The position numbers and the translations under genes are program-made. The notes under the pieces are model-generated. The model did not search any database and was not told where the DNA came from. It saw only the letters and a list, made by a program, of their open reading frames with translations. Of a stretch of DNA of 64,000 nt, positions 1 through 10,308 are shown piece after piece (positions within the stretch are counted from its first letter, which is position 1; every line of letters starts with the position of its first letter). This stretch comes from a virus. The stretch is from the IMG/VR virus record IMGVR_UViG_3300029286_003689, positions 1 through 64,000 of that record; one strand, 5' to 3'.

Positions 1-2523
1 TTAAACGGGCTCCGCGCAAAACCGGCAACCGATAGACGAACCCGTATCCCAGCGATAGTAAGACGTAACCCGACCCCGGGAACCGCAATACACGCCGCCG
101 CCCCAATTACCGCCAGCAATCAGCTTTACATCATTGGAATAAATAGGGCGATACAACTGTCCTTTATCGCCTGGCAGATCATACCAAGCGGCTGTAACTG
201 CTGCGTCATACATCATTGTCTGCTCATCTAACCACTGCCAGAGAGCACCGCAGGCGTCTTCTACGCCTATGTTGGAAATCATACGCCTTGAGGCTGTGTC
301 TATATGGCCACCGGTAGTGCCAGGATCTCCAGCTCCATTAATGTTAGTCGCTTCGTTTGAACCTGTTGCTATTACCTGAAACTCTGGGTCAGTTAACATC
401 TTCTTCTTTACCGCTCCGCCGTCGTCAGTAAAGTCGTTCCAGTCGCGGGTGTCGGTGATCGTGGCTCCATAGACTGAGGCTGTGGATGTGCCGGTGCCGG
501 AAGCAAGGTAAATATCTACCCACTTGCTAATACCTTCACTATAAACCATACCTTCAGGCGCAGAGACTGGCCTATGGTTTAGATCCCAAATCGAAGCAGG
601 CAGAACGTCGCCAGCGACAAAATCGGTCAAGGTGTGGCCTGAAATCGTTCCTACGGCAACACAAAGCCCGTGGAAACCGCCTATTTTACGGCTGGATGTA
701 GTGCTATAGCCTGAAGGATAAGTGGTGCTGGCTGATAAGAGTATTTTAGGGGCTGTGCCAGATACGGGGACGCAAGCATAAATATAAAAGTCTTTGCCTG
801 CGCGGTTTGCAGCTGTGGTGTAATTCGTCGGGCTGGTAGTATCCCAGTTGGCCGCATTTGATACGTCTATTTCCGTCTGAGAAGTTATATAATAGACATT
901 CCCATTTATGGCAACCGATAATAAGGTTGGAGACGATATAGTGTATCTATTTACAGCTGTGCTATAAGGAGCCTTAAGCGCCCACTTATCGGCCCTGTCT
1001 CTTTGGTATAAACCAGGGAACATAGGAAGGCTTGCTTTTGTATCGGCATACGCTTTGCTACTTGGATTTAATAACTCCCATCGTGTATTCGCTAAATTAT
1101 ATTCCACGAGTGCTACATAACCAGCAGCTGGAATATCACCGGCTAATAAAGCAGATCCGCCCTGTTTGGTAACAGCATGCGCGGTTAAACCGTCTGGTGA
1201 AAAAGTCGGCGTGGTTGATGTATTGGATCCCGATGCTACAAAAGCAACTAAAGTTAAATCTGCAAGCGAAATATCCGGGCTATAATCAGCTGTTATAGCG
1301 TCTACTGTCCCAGAGGCAGTTACAATAGAAATGCTCCCAGTAGGGCCTTGTGTTCCCCTGCTTCCTGATACTGATATTGTCCAATCGGTAAAGGTGCCGG
1401 AACCGCCAATATCAAGAACATTAACTACTAAGGTTGTGCTTGAATAGCTTGTTACCTGACCGTGCATATAGTTAGCAGAGTTAGCGTCGGAGGAAATCAA
1501 AACAAATTGTCCGGCTGCAAACTGTTTTCCGGATTGAATAGTAAATGTCTTACTTCCGGTTGCTATGGCTATGCTTGAGGTTGAGGTAGCTTTAAGAGCT
1601 GCTGCGTAATTATTTGCAGCAGTAACGTCCAGGCCTGTCTGCACGCGGTCTGCGGCGGTGGCTATCTTATCTAAACCTGTTTGAACTCTGTCGGCTGCTG
1701 TAGCAACGGCATCGGCATCGGCACTATTTTTTGACGCTAAGGCTTCTCCTGCCTTTGTGGTAGCTATACCGGCCTGAGTCGTTGCAGTATCTTTATAACC
1801 TGACGTTGCTGTTTTATCTAAACCTGTCTGCACGCGGTCTGCGGCGGTTTGAACGGAGTCCGCATCTGCGCTATTCTTTGAGGATAAAGCAGCTACTGCG
1901 CTAAGCCCGGCATTTGTTTCAGCCGTCTCTGCGTTTCCTTCAGCTGTTTCTGCTGCTGTCTTGGCAACCACTGCCGCATCTCTGGCAGCCTCGCCGTCAT
2001 CAACTAAGCCACTAAGGATCTCGATATAGGCTTCAGTATCAGTACTCGTAGGTGTTTCATCTATCGGAAATTTAACACATCTTGATAATTCTTCGATATA
2101 CTGCTGAGCTATCATCGTAAGCTTATCAACCGCTTTTTCTACGTCTTCAGCATAAAACGGGCCGCCGTTCTTCCAATCAGTCTCTTGAGTAAGAAGCTCT
2201 TCGCGCGCTAAAGTGATTTTCTCGCCAGTAGCTAATAAAGGAAGACCAGAAACTACCGTCGGATAAGTAACATACTCATTATTGACATTGACAGAGTAAT
2301 TACTGGTTATCTCGGTTAAGGCCCCTGCGGTATCGGTTTTATAAAGCTTAATATCGCTTCCGTCGACTGTACTAATAGTAAAAGTAAAATCCCAATTCCT
2401 TGTGACTCCATTACCGTTATAGGTAATCTTATTCGTAGTGTCTGATATTTTCGCAAAAGCTGATGAACAAAAAATACCAAACGCCATCAATAGAATCCCA
2501 AATGAAACAAGTAGTTTCTTCAT
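1..2523 (-). CDS. Tail fibre / receptor-binding protein with C-terminal CLec (FGE-like) DGR-type variable domain and N-terminal signal-peptide-like extension
   Basis: T7 gp17-like anchor motif (YNGNGVTRNWDFTF), Ala/Thr-rich coiled repeats, C-terminus GGNW...GSR...IGCRFCAEPV homologous to 42914..45250; RBS AGGAG 9 nt before ATG. Confidence 0.85.
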   Translation of the reverse strand: MKKLLVSFGILLMAFGIFCSSAFAKISDTTNKITYNGNGVTRNWDFTFTISTVDGSDIKLYKTDTAGALTEITSNYSVNVNNEYVTYPTVVSGLPLLATGEKITLAREELLTQETDWKNGGPFYAEDVEKAVDKLTMIAQQYIEELSRCVKFPIDETPTSTDTEAYIEILSGLVDDGEAARDAAVVAKTAAETAEGNAETAETNAGLSAVAALSSKNSADADSVQTAADRVQTGLDKTATSGYKDTATTQAGIATTKAGEALASKNSADADAVATAADRVQTGLDKIATAADRVQTGLDVTAANNYAAALKATSTSSIAIATGSKTFTIQSGKQFAAGQFVLISSDANSANYMHGQVTSYSSTTLVVNVLDIGGSGTFTDWTISVSGSRGTQGPTGSISIVTASGTVDAITADYSPDISLADLTLVAFVASGSNTSTTPTFSPDGLTAHAVTKQGGSALLAGDIPAAGYVALVEYNLANTRWELLNPSSKAYADTKASLPMFPGLYQRDRADKWALKAPYSTAVNRYTISSPTLLSVAINGNVYYITSQTEIDVSNAANWDTTSPTNYTTAANRAGKDFYIYACVPVSGTAPKILLSASTTYPSGYSTTSSRKIGGFHGLCVAVGTISGHTLTDFVAGDVLPASIWDLNHRPVSAPEGMVYSEGISKWVDIYLASGTGTSTASVYGATITDTRDWNDFTDDGGAVKKKMLTDPEFQVIATGSNEATNINGAGDPGTTGGHIDTASRRMISNIGVEDACGALWQWLDEQTMMYDAAVTAAWYDLPGDKGQLYRPIYSNDVKLIAGGNWGGGVYCGSRGRVTSYYRWDTGSSIGCRFCAEPV
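11..124 (-). repeat. VR-like region of fibre A
   Basis: Aligns without gaps over 114 nt to TR 42723..42836; 17 mismatches at TR adenines and 12 at non-adenines. Confidence 0.75.
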
Positions 2524-2524
2524 T

Positions 2525-5500
2525 TTAATGCTCTCCTTTTTCTTTAGTAAATCTCTCCTTTAATTTTCTAAGTTTTATATCTGCCTGCTCTTTGGTTAAA
2601 TCACCTGATTTTACCTTTTTCCTAATTTCGCTTCGCCCTTCATAGAAGTCTCTCTCTAACCATTTTCTTACTTTCTGACGATAGGGAGATGTATCAGGTA
2701 CAATCTTAACGCCAAACATCTCACCTAATAGAGTTCTTCCGACGCCTATTTCCCGACCATATTTATCTGGCTTAGTAGATTTTATTATTCTACCTGGAGT
2801 AGAAGCGAGAATTTGAGGCGCAAGATTCTTTAAGATGTATTTCCCTTTTTCTATTGCTTTTTCATCTTCACTCAAATAATCCGGGGCTATTTTATCTTCT
2901 GTGAATGAATCGTAATTTAGAACAAAGGCATTGTAGAGAATAGGTAGTATGCCACCCATCGTTAAAGTCTGAGGCATCGCTAATTTGCCTTTCTCAACCG
3001 GATACCAACTTCCCCAAGGCAGAAAATAGGTTAAATCTATCCAATTCAGATCTCCATTTGCGTCTCGTCCCGGTAATAACAATACTGATTTACCACGTAT
3101 ATAATCAGGTTTTAACCTTTCTTCATCATCTTTACCTATGCCTAAGAGTCCTCTTGATAAAGCATTAAGCGTTGCCATGCCAGCAGAGAATAATATGAAT
3201 TTTTCAGGTTTACGTATGGCAAACTCAACTAAACGCGGAAGTACCTTGGCTGACCAAGTGATGAATGGAAAAAAGCTCTGTCTTGCATAACCCACTACTT
3301 CTGATGTTTGAGAATAATCAAAAAGTAGTTTATCGGCGAATTTTACTGCTTCTTCTGGAGATCCCCCTTGATCTAACACGTAACGGGCAATAACGGTTTT
3401 TGAAGCATCTTCTACTGCGCCGTATAGTACTGCCGGCGAATGCACAACTTCAGCTATATTATTGGCCCATATCTGAATTTGCTTATAAGGATTGCTGGGG
3501 TCTTCGTCTATATGAAAAGCTAACTCTTTTAATTCCTGCGCAGAGTAAGTATTGTGATAAAGCCCTCTATCTCTGAGTAATTTATAAGCCTCGTCTTTTG
3601 CTACGAATGATTTAATCCCCTTGGCTGCTACTACAGGATTATAAATAGGGACATCTCCCATCCAAGCCATAAGGGTATTAGTAACTATGTTCCGGGAGAC
3701 TGCCGCGGGGCTATAGGGAACCTTAAATAGCTTCCATATACTGTTGGCGTCTCTCCACATCTTGCCGAATTCGGATTGCATCGTATTCCACTTAGATACC
3801 TCTTTTACTAAATCTACCGGGACGTACTGCTCAGCCAGCACCCCATATTTCTTACCGGAAGGCATCTTGTCAAAGCCTTCTACTCCCTTATGTCCTATAA
3901 TGCCGGGTAAAGTCGCTATGGTATTAAATGCCTTGACCGTATAGACCATCTCTATCATTCCAAAAAGGCGTTTTTGTAAAGGATAGGCGGCAGTTTTAAT
4001 AAGCCCTAACTCTTCCCGGGCGTTTCTGCCTAATTCAATTAACTCTTCTTGGGAATACTCGGCTATTTTCTTTTTTGCTGATGGCCATGTACCGTATTGT
4101 GCTTCTAAAACCTTGCGGCCAAATTCTTCATCCGTCATCTTATGCTTCAAGCTTTCAAACCTTGCGCGGATAGCTTTCGACGGAAAATAACCAAAATTAC
4201 GCTTATTTTTCTCAAACTCCTTTGTGTCGTAGAAGAACGGAAAATACTGACCTACGTTATTCCAGAATATCTCGTCGTTAAGAAGCCCTAATTTTCTGGC
4301 TTCATTACCCCATACAGCTAATTCCTGCCGGGCTCCTTCAGTTAATTTACTCAATTCAGTATCTTTTACGGTGTCGCCAAACCTCTGTAAGCTCTCGGCT
4401 ATATACTGCTGTTCTTCTTTACTTAATTCACTTATTGGCTCAATAAGTTCCTCTCTTAATTTCTGCTGCTGGCCCTGGACAAGCTTTCTTCTTTGTCTCA
4501 ATATTTCCATTGCCGTATCATTAAGCCCGCCTCTCTCAAAAAAAGCAGAAGCATGAAGTTTTTTTCCAAGATTCTCTATGGCCTTGCTATAAACATTCCA
4601 AGCTTTATCTCTTGCTTTCTCGCTATAAAATGGCAACCTAAGGCCTCCTCTTTCAATCCATTCCTTGAGTTGAGGTTGTATTTCAGGAATTCTGCGAAGA
4701 GAAAGAACGTATTCCTTTAAGGGTTTCATTGCTGTTTCAAAATCACGTAACTTAGTGATTACATACTGCCATTCTTTATCTTGCCCTATGGTAGTCTCTA
4801 TTTGTGCGGTAAAATTGGGGGCCAATTTGCGGCAGATCTCCGGATCCATAGTGTAAGCGGCCACATAGTCAGCGAAGAGTTCAGGTTTGCTATTGCGGTA
4901 TGATTTAAAGGATTTTGATACGGAAGCAGGATCAAACGGCCTCATCTGTTGAGAAACCGCTTTTAATTCATCCCTAACGGCTTTCTTTTTGGATATCTGG
5001 TAGTCTCCCAGAACATCGTCGAGAAAATGCCCGGTTTCATGAAACAAGGTTTTTTCATCAGCAACGCTTCTTACCCGGATAAGCCCATTCTCTCCGAGCA
5101 TAGGGTAATATACGCCAAGCCACTTCTTCATACGCTTGGACACCTGTAGCTTTGGGCCTATCTCACGCTCAAAAACTCCGGTAATATCCCTGCCCTGATT
5201 TACCTTCCAAGCTTCGTTCTTCTCCCACTCCATATTACCTATAGCAGTAGAAGGCGGGACAGTCTTAGGTTTAACGCCTAATTTTCCTGATACGGATGCC
5301 TTGGATTCTTCTTCGGGTGATGCTGAGGGAAACGCGGAAGATTGCTTTTCTGGAAGGATATAGCTTACTTCTATTTCTTCGGGGGATCTGCGGACTATCT
5401 CAGCCTGTCCGCCCTTATCTTCTACATCGGTAATAAACGCTTCAACTTCTTCATCGGTCTTAAATAATTTGCTTCCTGCTAACTCAACGCCTTCAGCAGC

Positions 5501-8122
5501 AATTTCACTTTGTGCTTCCTCTTCTGCGATACGAACAATTTGCTCAATTTCGGATTCGTCATAACCTTGCTTTTTAAGTTCTTCCCGGAATTTTTCATCA
5601 GTTACCTCCTCTTCAAGAACCTCTGACTCTTTTTGTAGAGAATCTTTATATCCATTTATTAAATCTTCAAATATCGCCTGCTGCTTCTGTGTAACAGGGT
5701 TACCGTTTAATACCTTGTCTATTATAGCAAGGGTATTCTTTTTGGTATAGCCTTTATCTCTAAAATAATCTGGGAATGTAGAAGAGACTCCTATCCATTG
5801 CCCGGATTCAGTAGGCATGCGTTTGCCGGCTTCTCCTTCAGCAATCTGCTGACGCATTACCTTAGCATGCTCTAAATCCTCAGAGAGTACATTAACAACA
5901 CTCTTGATAATTTTTGCTTTGACAATCTTCTGTGCTTTAATCAGCGGAGTTTCGCTGCCTTGAGTAGGTATCTCAACATGAACGTGATAAGGCGTTTGCT
6001 CAGTATCTTCTACTGCTAAACCTAAATCTTGAGCAGCTTTAACCACCTCTTCATGAGTTAACCCAGTTCCTTTAATCTTGATATCTGCTGCGCGGCCAGT
6101 TAAATGAGTGCTATTTTCAGCCGGTTTGTATCCGCGTTTCTTTAAATCCTCGTTATATTCTTTCGTCCGGTATCCGCTGCTAATCGTTACCTGCTTTCCG
6201 AGTGCTTCCTGCAGTTTATTTATTTTAAAAAGAAGTTCTTCGTCAACCTTTACCTGCTCAATAGGCAGTGGTTTTTTAGCTTGATTAAAATTCTCTTTGG
6301 TTATCGGCTTTAAACCTTTCTTGCTTAAAACTTCATTGGTTTCTTCAGAAGCCTTCTTATTGTTTCTCTCAATAAACTGATCTTGTAATTCCGCTTGCCG
6401 TTTATTGATTGCCTCTAACCTGGCTTTAACCTCTGGGGTTTGCTTTTCTTTCTTTAATCGTATTTCCTCATCGATTAAATCTCCATGCTCTTTTCCTTCA
6501 TTATTAAGCCAATCTTCCTCGGATAAATCCGCTTCTTCAGGCTGCGCGACTGGATTAGCTTCTTTTATCTCGTTATATAATTCCTTCAGGTTAAATATTT
6601 CAGCCTTCTCCAGCTGCTTATCGCCAATCTTCATAATGGCTATCTTGTCATTACCTAATTTCTTGCCATCTACATAACCGCCTATTTGAGCTGAGTATTT
6701 ACCTCCTGCAGCCCCCATGTTGGCTAAGCTCTCTACGGCGTCGCCTCTTAAAACATAACCTTTAATGAAATCTGCCGCGGCTTCTCTGGGAGTTAATGTA
6801 GCATCTGATATTATGTTTCTTGTCTTGTCTAATAATTCCTTTGGGACTTCCGGCAAGCTATCTAAAGGCGCGCCACCTTTACTATCAGGAAGCTTCATAG
6901 CTTGATACTTGCCTTCGGCGTCCATAATTCCTACATCTTGAACGTCATCAGGGTTCACATCGTTATTAGTAACAATATCGGCATGCATATTAGCTGTCTC
7001 GTCGGTAATAACCGTTCCGTCTTTGAGGCGGATAGCAAGAGGGACGGGAGATTTTTCTTCAAAACCTATTGTTTTATTTATAACCTCATCAACTTTATCT
7101 ATCGTCTGGCTGATTTCATCTTCAGTTAATCCTTGTTTTAATCCCTCGTTGATAACTTGGCTATGTAGATCGTAACGAATATCATCTATGTGGGGGGCCT
7201 CAAATACGCCCAAGGCACCACCTGATACAGTTCCTGCCAAAATACTCTCCGCAAGCCCATCGGTAAGCCTATCCCATAAAGGACGCGGCTCTTTCCAATT
7301 AAGTACTTTAAGCGAATTCTCAAATACCTGCTGGCTGCCTTCTTCAATTAAGCCCTCTTGTAAGGCGGTTCTAAATACTCTTTTTAAGATATGGCCGCCC
7401 TTCATCCAGTTGCCTAAAACAGTATTCTCAAGAGCAGTTTGTACGGCGCCATCTAATACTGCCAAATCTGTGGCTTTCAGAGGATCAACGCCGTTTTTGA
7501 TTGATTCCTCATACATATCACCGGAAATAGCAGGAAAGAATGTTGCTGCGCCAGCAACGGGAGATCTTGTAAGTGCTGTAACACCGGCAGCTACTCCAAG
7601 CATAGGCAGGTTTTCAGCTGCCAAAGCCATTGTTTTTCTAAAAGGATGCTTCCAACCTAACAAGACTGCAGGGTTCGGGCTTTCTATGCCTTTGTTTGCA
7701 GCTTCATTGAAGAAATTCTTTACATCTCCTCCTATCTCTGCTATTGAATCACCAAACTTGAGAAAAAAATTATCAATAGCATCTCCGGCTTTACTGTTCT
7801 TACCTTTTTCTATGCGTAACCATGGAATGCTTTTTAAACCGGGGAAAGGTACTAAGGGGATGGTTTTTGATTTAGTCTCCTCGACAATATCCTTACCAAT
7901 AAACTCCATACCTGAGCCAAGCCCTGCAGGGATCCTCTCTACCCCTCTAAATAACGCTTTAGCCGAATCCATCCAGACATTGGCGGTATCTAAGGCGCGA
8001 AAAGTAACCTCTTCCGGTGAAGATGTAGGTTTTGCAGAGCCGATATCAAAACCAGTATCTAACTCCTCTGCGCCGTTTTCATTTTCTTTTATTGGGATAG
8101 CACTGGTAACATCAAAAGACAT
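2525..8122 (-). CDS. Large internal virion / DNA-ejection polyvalent protein with peptidase M15-like and HExxH domains
   Basis: Position of T7 gp16; SGYR...STHLTGRAADI...HVHVE (M15-type zinc peptidase) and LFHETGH motifs. Confidence 0.7.
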   Translation of the reverse strand: MSFDVTSAIPIKENENGAEELDTGFDIGSAKPTSSPEEVTFRALDTANVWMDSAKALFRGVERIPAGLGSGMEFIGKDIVEETKSKTIPLVPFPGLKSIPWLRIEKGKNSKAGDAIDNFFLKFGDSIAEIGGDVKNFFNEAANKGIESPNPAVLLGWKHPFRKTMALAAENLPMLGVAAGVTALTRSPVAGAATFFPAISGDMYEESIKNGVDPLKATDLAVLDGAVQTALENTVLGNWMKGGHILKRVFRTALQEGLIEEGSQQVFENSLKVLNWKEPRPLWDRLTDGLAESILAGTVSGGALGVFEAPHIDDIRYDLHSQVINEGLKQGLTEDEISQTIDKVDEVINKTIGFEEKSPVPLAIRLKDGTVITDETANMHADIVTNNDVNPDDVQDVGIMDAEGKYQAMKLPDSKGGAPLDSLPEVPKELLDKTRNIISDATLTPREAAADFIKGYVLRGDAVESLANMGAAGGKYSAQIGGYVDGKKLGNDKIAIMKIGDKQLEKAEIFNLKELYNEIKEANPVAQPEEADLSEEDWLNNEGKEHGDLIDEEIRLKKEKQTPEVKARLEAINKRQAELQDQFIERNNKKASEETNEVLSKKGLKPITKENFNQAKKPLPIEQVKVDEELLFKINKLQEALGKQVTISSGYRTKEYNEDLKKRGYKPAENSTHLTGRAADIKIKGTGLTHEEVVKAAQDLGLAVEDTEQTPYHVHVEIPTQGSETPLIKAQKIVKAKIIKSVVNVLSEDLEHAKVMRQQIAEGEAGKRMPTESGQWIGVSSTFPDYFRDKGYTKKNTLAIIDKVLNGNPVTQKQQAIFEDLINGYKDSLQKESEVLEEEVTDEKFREELKKQGYDESEIEQIVRIAEEEAQSEIAAEGVELAGSKLFKTDEEVEAFITDVEDKGGQAEIVRRSPEEIEVSYILPEKQSSAFPSASPEEESKASVSGKLGVKPKTVPPSTAIGNMEWEKNEAWKVNQGRDITGVFEREIGPKLQVSKRMKKWLGVYYPMLGENGLIRVRSVADEKTLFHETGHFLDDVLGDYQISKKKAVRDELKAVSQQMRPFDPASVSKSFKSYRNSKPELFADYVAAYTMDPEICRKLAPNFTAQIETTIGQDKEWQYVITKLRDFETAMKPLKEYVLSLRRIPEIQPQLKEWIERGGLRLPFYSEKARDKAWNVYSKAIENLGKKLHASAFFERGGLNDTAMEILRQRRKLVQGQQQKLREELIEPISELSKEEQQYIAESLQRFGDTVKDTELSKLTEGARQELAVWGNEARKLGLLNDEIFWNNVGQYFPFFYDTKEFEKNKRNFGYFPSKAIRARFESLKHKMTDEEFGRKVLEAQYGTWPSAKKKIAEYSQEELIELGRNAREELGLIKTAAYPLQKRLFGMIEMVYTVKAFNTIATLPGIIGHKGVEGFDKMPSGKKYGVLAEQYVPVDLVKEVSKWNTMQSEFGKMWRDANSIWKLFKVPYSPAAVSRNIVTNTLMAWMGDVPIYNPVVAAKGIKSFVAKDEAYKLLRDRGLYHNTYSAQELKELAFHIDEDPSNPYKQIQIWANNIAEVVHSPAVLYGAVEDASKTVIARYVLDQGGSPEEAVKFADKLLFDYSQTSEVVGYARQSFFPFITWSAKVLPRLVEFAIRKPEKFILFSAGMATLNALSRGLLGIGKDDEERLKPDYIRGKSVLLLPGRDANGDLNWIDLTYFLPWGSWYPVEKGKLAMPQTLTMGGILPILYNAFVLNYDSFTEDKIAPDYLSEDEKAIEKGKYILKNLAPQILASTPGRIIKSTKPDKYGREIGVGRTLLGEMFGVKIVPDTSPYRQKVRKWLERDFYEGRSEIRKKVKSGDLTKEQADIKLRKLKERFTKEKGEH

Positions 8123-8133
8123 TTCTCCTCCGA

Positions 8134-9672
8134 CTACTTTTTCTCCCGCTGCTCTTTATGCGTAAAATCCCCGGCCTTGCTCATTACCTCTTCAAAACTT
8201 CCGTCAGGATAAACTATTGCTTTGTTGCCAAATTTATCGTAACAAAGCTTACCTTTTTTCGGGAATGCTGTAATGTCCGGGTTATCTTGCAACCGCTGCT
8301 TCCTTATTTCATCATGCGCTATCTGAATAACCTGCTCACCCTGGGCATTCTCTGTCTTGGCTCTCTTGATGGTATTCATTAACACAAAAGGAGCAGTGAT
8401 TGGATTGGTTAACTGTATTGCATCCCAAGCTCCACTCCAAAATCCACGCTGTGGATTAGCCCCCTTCTTATTTCCCGACGATAAAGGTAACTCTTTAGCT
8501 TTTTCTGTGGCCGCGTCTACTAATATAGCCAGCCTATCGCGGCTTATATTCTTGTTGTCTTTTAAAGCTTGAAGCAAGAATTTACTGATTCCTTCAGTAT
8601 CTTTTGCAGTAAAAATATCTTTTGCTAAACCTTGAAACCCTTCATTATTAAAATCTTCGGCAAGATACCCGCCACCCTTAGATTCAAATACCTTTTTCAT
8701 TGCTTCAGCCATTTCAGGGTCTTTAGTGGCAACGCTTCTTATAGTCTCAGTAGAATTTTCCCAGTTTAAATCTCCGTTAGCTATCTTGCCTATGTAATCA
8801 AATCTATCTTTTACCCTACTCTCCAGCCTGATTTTCTCCGCCTCTGACTGTAAAGCATCATAGCCTTTAACAAGCTTAGATTTTAATTCATCGTAGCCGG
8901 TTTGACTGATCTTATCTTTTACGCTGTCTAAAAGGCCCTGAGATGCCTCTAAGTTCCCGGTATTCTTCAGAGTAGAGATAGTAGATGATTCAATAATCTT
9001 CTTTGCTATTTCTTCATTGTTTACTTCTCGCGTAGCTTTATCAAACCGGCTACTGTAGGGTATGGCAGAGTTAACCGCATCATCTATTGCAAACCCTAAA
9101 GACTTCCCGTCCCGAATTGTGGCCGCATCGTTAGTTTTTTGAGTGATATTTGACTCAATACTATTCTTTAAATTCTGCCTGTATTGCTCTGCTTCATGGC
9201 TCACTAAGCCATTACGTACAGAAGAATAATAGGTATCTAAGGCAGGGGCTAATTTGTTGTACTGATATTGCGATAACCCGTCGAGATACTGTTTTTTTAC
9301 ATCTTGAAATGTAATGTCAGCCTCTTTAGTTACGCCATCTGCATGCCCTAATTCACGCACTAAATATCCTCTTGGGCGCTGTATGTCTTGACCGTTAGTA
9401 TCCTTAACTGTCTCTTCATTTTTATTGTAAAGACGATTCTGCCAATCTTGACGGAAAGCAGTCTCGCGATTCAAAACTTCCATATCCTGCTTTTCGTAGG
9501 CTATTCTTGTAATGTGCTGGGCTATTTTTTCTCCTACTGCTCCAAAATTCTGCAGCGCTCTTCCTGAATCCCCACCAAACGCTTCATCTGGGGGTCTTAA
9601 CCGAGAAGGGCCGGATAGGCTGGGAACAACTGTGTCTACTTTTCTTTCATACGTAGGTACTTTAATGCCCAT
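8134..9672 (-). CDS. Internal virion (ejection) protein, gp15-like position
   Basis: Synteny, helical low-complexity composition. Confidence 0.55.
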   Translation of the reverse strand: MGIKVPTYERKVDTVVPSLSGPSRLRPPDEAFGGDSGRALQNFGAVGEKIAQHITRIAYEKQDMEVLNRETAFRQDWQNRLYNKNEETVKDTNGQDIQRPRGYLVRELGHADGVTKEADITFQDVKKQYLDGLSQYQYNKLAPALDTYYSSVRNGLVSHEAEQYRQNLKNSIESNITQKTNDAATIRDGKSLGFAIDDAVNSAIPYSSRFDKATREVNNEEIAKKIIESSTISTLKNTGNLEASQGLLDSVKDKISQTGYDELKSKLVKGYDALQSEAEKIRLESRVKDRFDYIGKIANGDLNWENSTETIRSVATKDPEMAEAMKKVFESKGGGYLAEDFNNEGFQGLAKDIFTAKDTEGISKFLLQALKDNKNISRDRLAILVDAATEKAKELPLSSGNKKGANPQRGFWSGAWDAIQLTNPITAPFVLMNTIKRAKTENAQGEQVIQIAHDEIRKQRLQDNPDITAFPKKGKLCYDKFGNKAIVYPDGSFEEVMSKAGDFTHKEQREKK

Positions 9673-9682
9673 TTATTTTCTC

Positions 9683-10306
9683 CTAATTAAGCTTATAAGG
9701 ACTCCATGCTGTGGTAAAACTATGTCCGCCAACGCTCTGTTTTCCTGTATTAACTAACTTCCCTCCACTTGCCAGGGTTCCTCCCATTGCAAACATAGAT
9801 CCAGCCGTTCCTAATAGCGTAGATGTCATATTTATTCCTGCAGCGCGCTTAGCTTCTTTCCCTGCGAATTTATATAAACCAGCCTGAGATCTCAAAACAT
9901 TCGCCTGCTCATTTGCTTCAGTATTTATGTTCCACGACTCAATATTTGCGTTATACCTAACATTTGCTTCATCAAGCTTTCCTTTGGCAAAGGTATCTCC
10001 TGCGATATCTTCCGCAGTTACGCCATATATACCCATTGCCGCCATAGTGGCTTTCTGCGCTCCTGCAGTTTTTGCTATTGAATTCTTAAGGTCTTTGGCA
10101 TCTCTGGCCGCCTTATCTTGAACAAGGGTTACTTGATTCTCTGCCGTTTTCTCTAAAACAGTTGCTTCGCGTTCATTCTCATCGGCTAAATATTTATAGT
10201 ATTTATTCTTAGATTCCCCCTCAGCATATTGTCCATAAGCCATCATTCCGCCAGCTGCGGCAGTAACAACTAAACCAGTAACAGTTAAAGAGACCGGGTC
10301 GCACAT
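9683..10306 (-). CDS. Internal virion protein, gp14-like
   Basis: MCDPVS start, hydrophobic Gly/Ala termini, coiled core, synteny. Confidence 0.65.
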   Translation of the reverse strand: MCDPVSLTVTGLVVTAAAGGMMAYGQYAEGESKNKYYKYLADENEREATVLEKTAENQVTLVQDKAARDAKDLKNSIAKTAGAQKATMAAMGIYGVTAEDIAGDTFAKGKLDEANVRYNANIESWNINTEANEQANVLRSQAGLYKFAGKEAKRAAGINMTSTLLGTAGSMFAMGGTLASGGKLVNTGKQSVGGHSFTTAWSPYKLN

Positions 10307-10308
10307 CG

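Noticed and set aside
11-124. VR-A as a direct current product of TR 42723..42836
   Set aside because: 12 of 29 mismatches are at non-adenine TR positions; it needs a different cognate TR
7188-8165. 325-aa plus-strand ORF and other antisense ORFs (e.g. 19228..19716, 30678..31172, 47526..47966, 55453..55995)
   Set aside because: Shadow frames of long minus-strand phage genes with Ser/Pro-rich artefactual composition
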